From: Chiloscyllium plagiosum
Taxonomy: Eukaryota
Direction of reading: 5' to 3'
Assembly: GCF_004010195.1 (NCBI RefSeq)
Contig: NC_057758.1
Location: 337,598 to 399,597, forward strand
DNA length: 62,000 nucleotides
A program made the translations under genes and the position numbers. Below the pieces are notes generated by a model. That model ran no database searches and was not told the DNA's origin. It saw only the letters and a list, made by a program, of their open reading frames with translations. Position 1 is the stretch's first letter. Every line of letters starts with the position of its first letter. Shown in pieces: positions 60,620 to 62,000 of the stretch.

Positions 60620-62000
60620 CACAATCAGTGGGGAGATGCCCTGTGGTCGTTTCCCTGAAAAATATGTGTACCATTTTGGATACTGTTGAGGGTAAGACTT
60701 ACCAGTGGTATGCTGTGCGGCGCAGTTCTATGACACACCGCCTGTCCCTGTTGCACAGAAGGGAAGGAGGGAAAGTAGGAGAGTGTTATTCATTGGGGAC
60801 TCAATAGTTAGACGGTCAGACAGAAGGTTTGTTGAGAACGAAGGAGACTCACGGTTGGTATGTTGCCTCCCAGGTGCCAGGGTCCCTGATGTCTCAAATC
60901 GTATCTTTGGTGTCCTGAAGTGAGAGGGTGACCAGCCCCAAATCGTGGTCTACATAGGTACAAACGACATAGGTAGAAAGAGGGATAGGGATGTAAGGTA
61001 GGATTTAAGGGAGCTAGGGTGGAAGCTCAGAGCTCGAACAAACAGAGTTGTTATCTCGGGTTTGTTTCCCATGCCACGTGATAGCAAAGCAAGGAATAGG
61101 GAGAGATATCAGCTGAACATGTGGCTGCAAGAATGGTGTAGCAGGAGGGTTTCCGGTACTTGGATAATTGGGGCTCATTCTGGGAATGGTGGAACCTTTA
61201 CAAACAAGATGGTCGTCACTTGAACGAAAGTGGTACTAATATCCTGGATGGGAAATTTGCTGGTACTTTTCTAGTGCACAGGAGGATGAGAGTATGGAGG
61301 ACAGGGACATGATTGCACGGTCACAGCAATGTGCTGGGAGACAGCAATCTGCTTTGAATTGTGTCTACTTCAACGCCAGAAGTTTCTGAAATAAGGTAGG
61401 TGAGCTTGCATCATGGATAGGTACCTGGGACTTCGATATTGTGGCGGTAAAAGAAGGGGAGGTTTGGCCTTCTTAGTCAAGGATAGTATAACGGTGGCTG
61501 AAAGATCTTTTGACCAGGACCCGTCCAATGAGTTAGTGTGGGCTAAGTTTACAAATAGGAGAGGAGTGGTCACACTGCTTGGAGTTTCTTTCTGGGCCTC
61601 CGCAGTTTTCCAGGAATGTGGAGGAGAGGATTGGCAAAATTGTTCTGGGTAGGAGTAAAAGGAACAGGTTGATCATTATGGGGTCTTTAACTTCCCCAAT
61701 ATTGACTGTAAATGCTATATATAAGTCTCGTACGTCGGATGGATCAGTTTTTGTCAAATGTGTACAGGAGTATTTCCTGACACAGTATGCCGAAGGGCCA
61801 ACAGGAGGGGAAGCAACAAAGGATCTGGTGCTTGGAAATTTTCCAGGCGAGGTATTTGATTTAGTTTCAAGTGAGTACTTTGGAGAGAGTGACCATAATT
61901 CAGTTACTTTTAGTTTTGCAATGGAAAGGGATAGGTACACGCCACATGTCAAGAGTTATCGATGGGGAAAAGGTAATTATAGTGCGATTAGGCAAGAATT
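60620..62000 (+). mobile_element. CR1 ORF1 (SGNH esterase) and APE start, decayed
   Basis: IGDSIVR, LVCCLPGARVPDV, IGTNDIG, CVYFNAR, RGGLAFLVKDSIT, SDHNSVTF. Confidence 0.92.

Larger units (their letters stand above)
55941..60620 (-). mobile_element. Gypsy provirus relic (3' LTR about 55941-56471, internal pol/gag remnants, 5' LTR 60357-60620 truncated)
   Basis: RT RLCVDYWKFNAATKSDSHPRLKDCIEKV. Purine tract AAAAAAGAGG (minus strand) abuts the 3' LTR at 56472-56481. LTR ends match the solo LTR; a decayed PBS-like sequence lies next to 60356. Confidence 0.72.

Overview
Vertebrate genomic DNA, almost certainly a shark: it carries HE1-type V-SINEs with (AATCT)n tails, CR1/HER1-type LINEs and shark-type Penelope elements. 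It contains three assembly gaps and is mostly repeat-derived. The only intact-looking gene is a two-exon class A GPCR of the GPR139/GPR142-like family on the + strand (exon 1 25887-26112, exon 2 30971-31989, 414 aa spliced); the ORF track splits it and gives exon 2 a wrong start. Two decayed genes not visible in the ORF track also lie on the + strand: a GPR139-like paralogue remnant (38501-39463, split by a CR1 insertion) and a probable NACHT-LRR (NLR) pseudogene (about 44700-47361). Mobile DNA includes many CR1 fragments (APE, RT, ORF1 esterase), about ten V-SINEs, two Gypsy provirus relics, solo LTRs and several Penelope-like elements. The most distinctive signals are: (1) tiny TSD-flanked, often palindromic Penelope-derived insertions carrying minimal hammerhead ribozyme cores; (2) an old tandem amplification of a Gypsy+Penelope composite; (3) a ~50-bp minisatellite derived from the CR1 RT motif RPHLEYCVQFWSP; (4) a 143-bp duplication flanking a bare (AATCT)5 tail. 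All identifications come from manual reading and translation, not database searches, so boundaries of old repeats are approximate.
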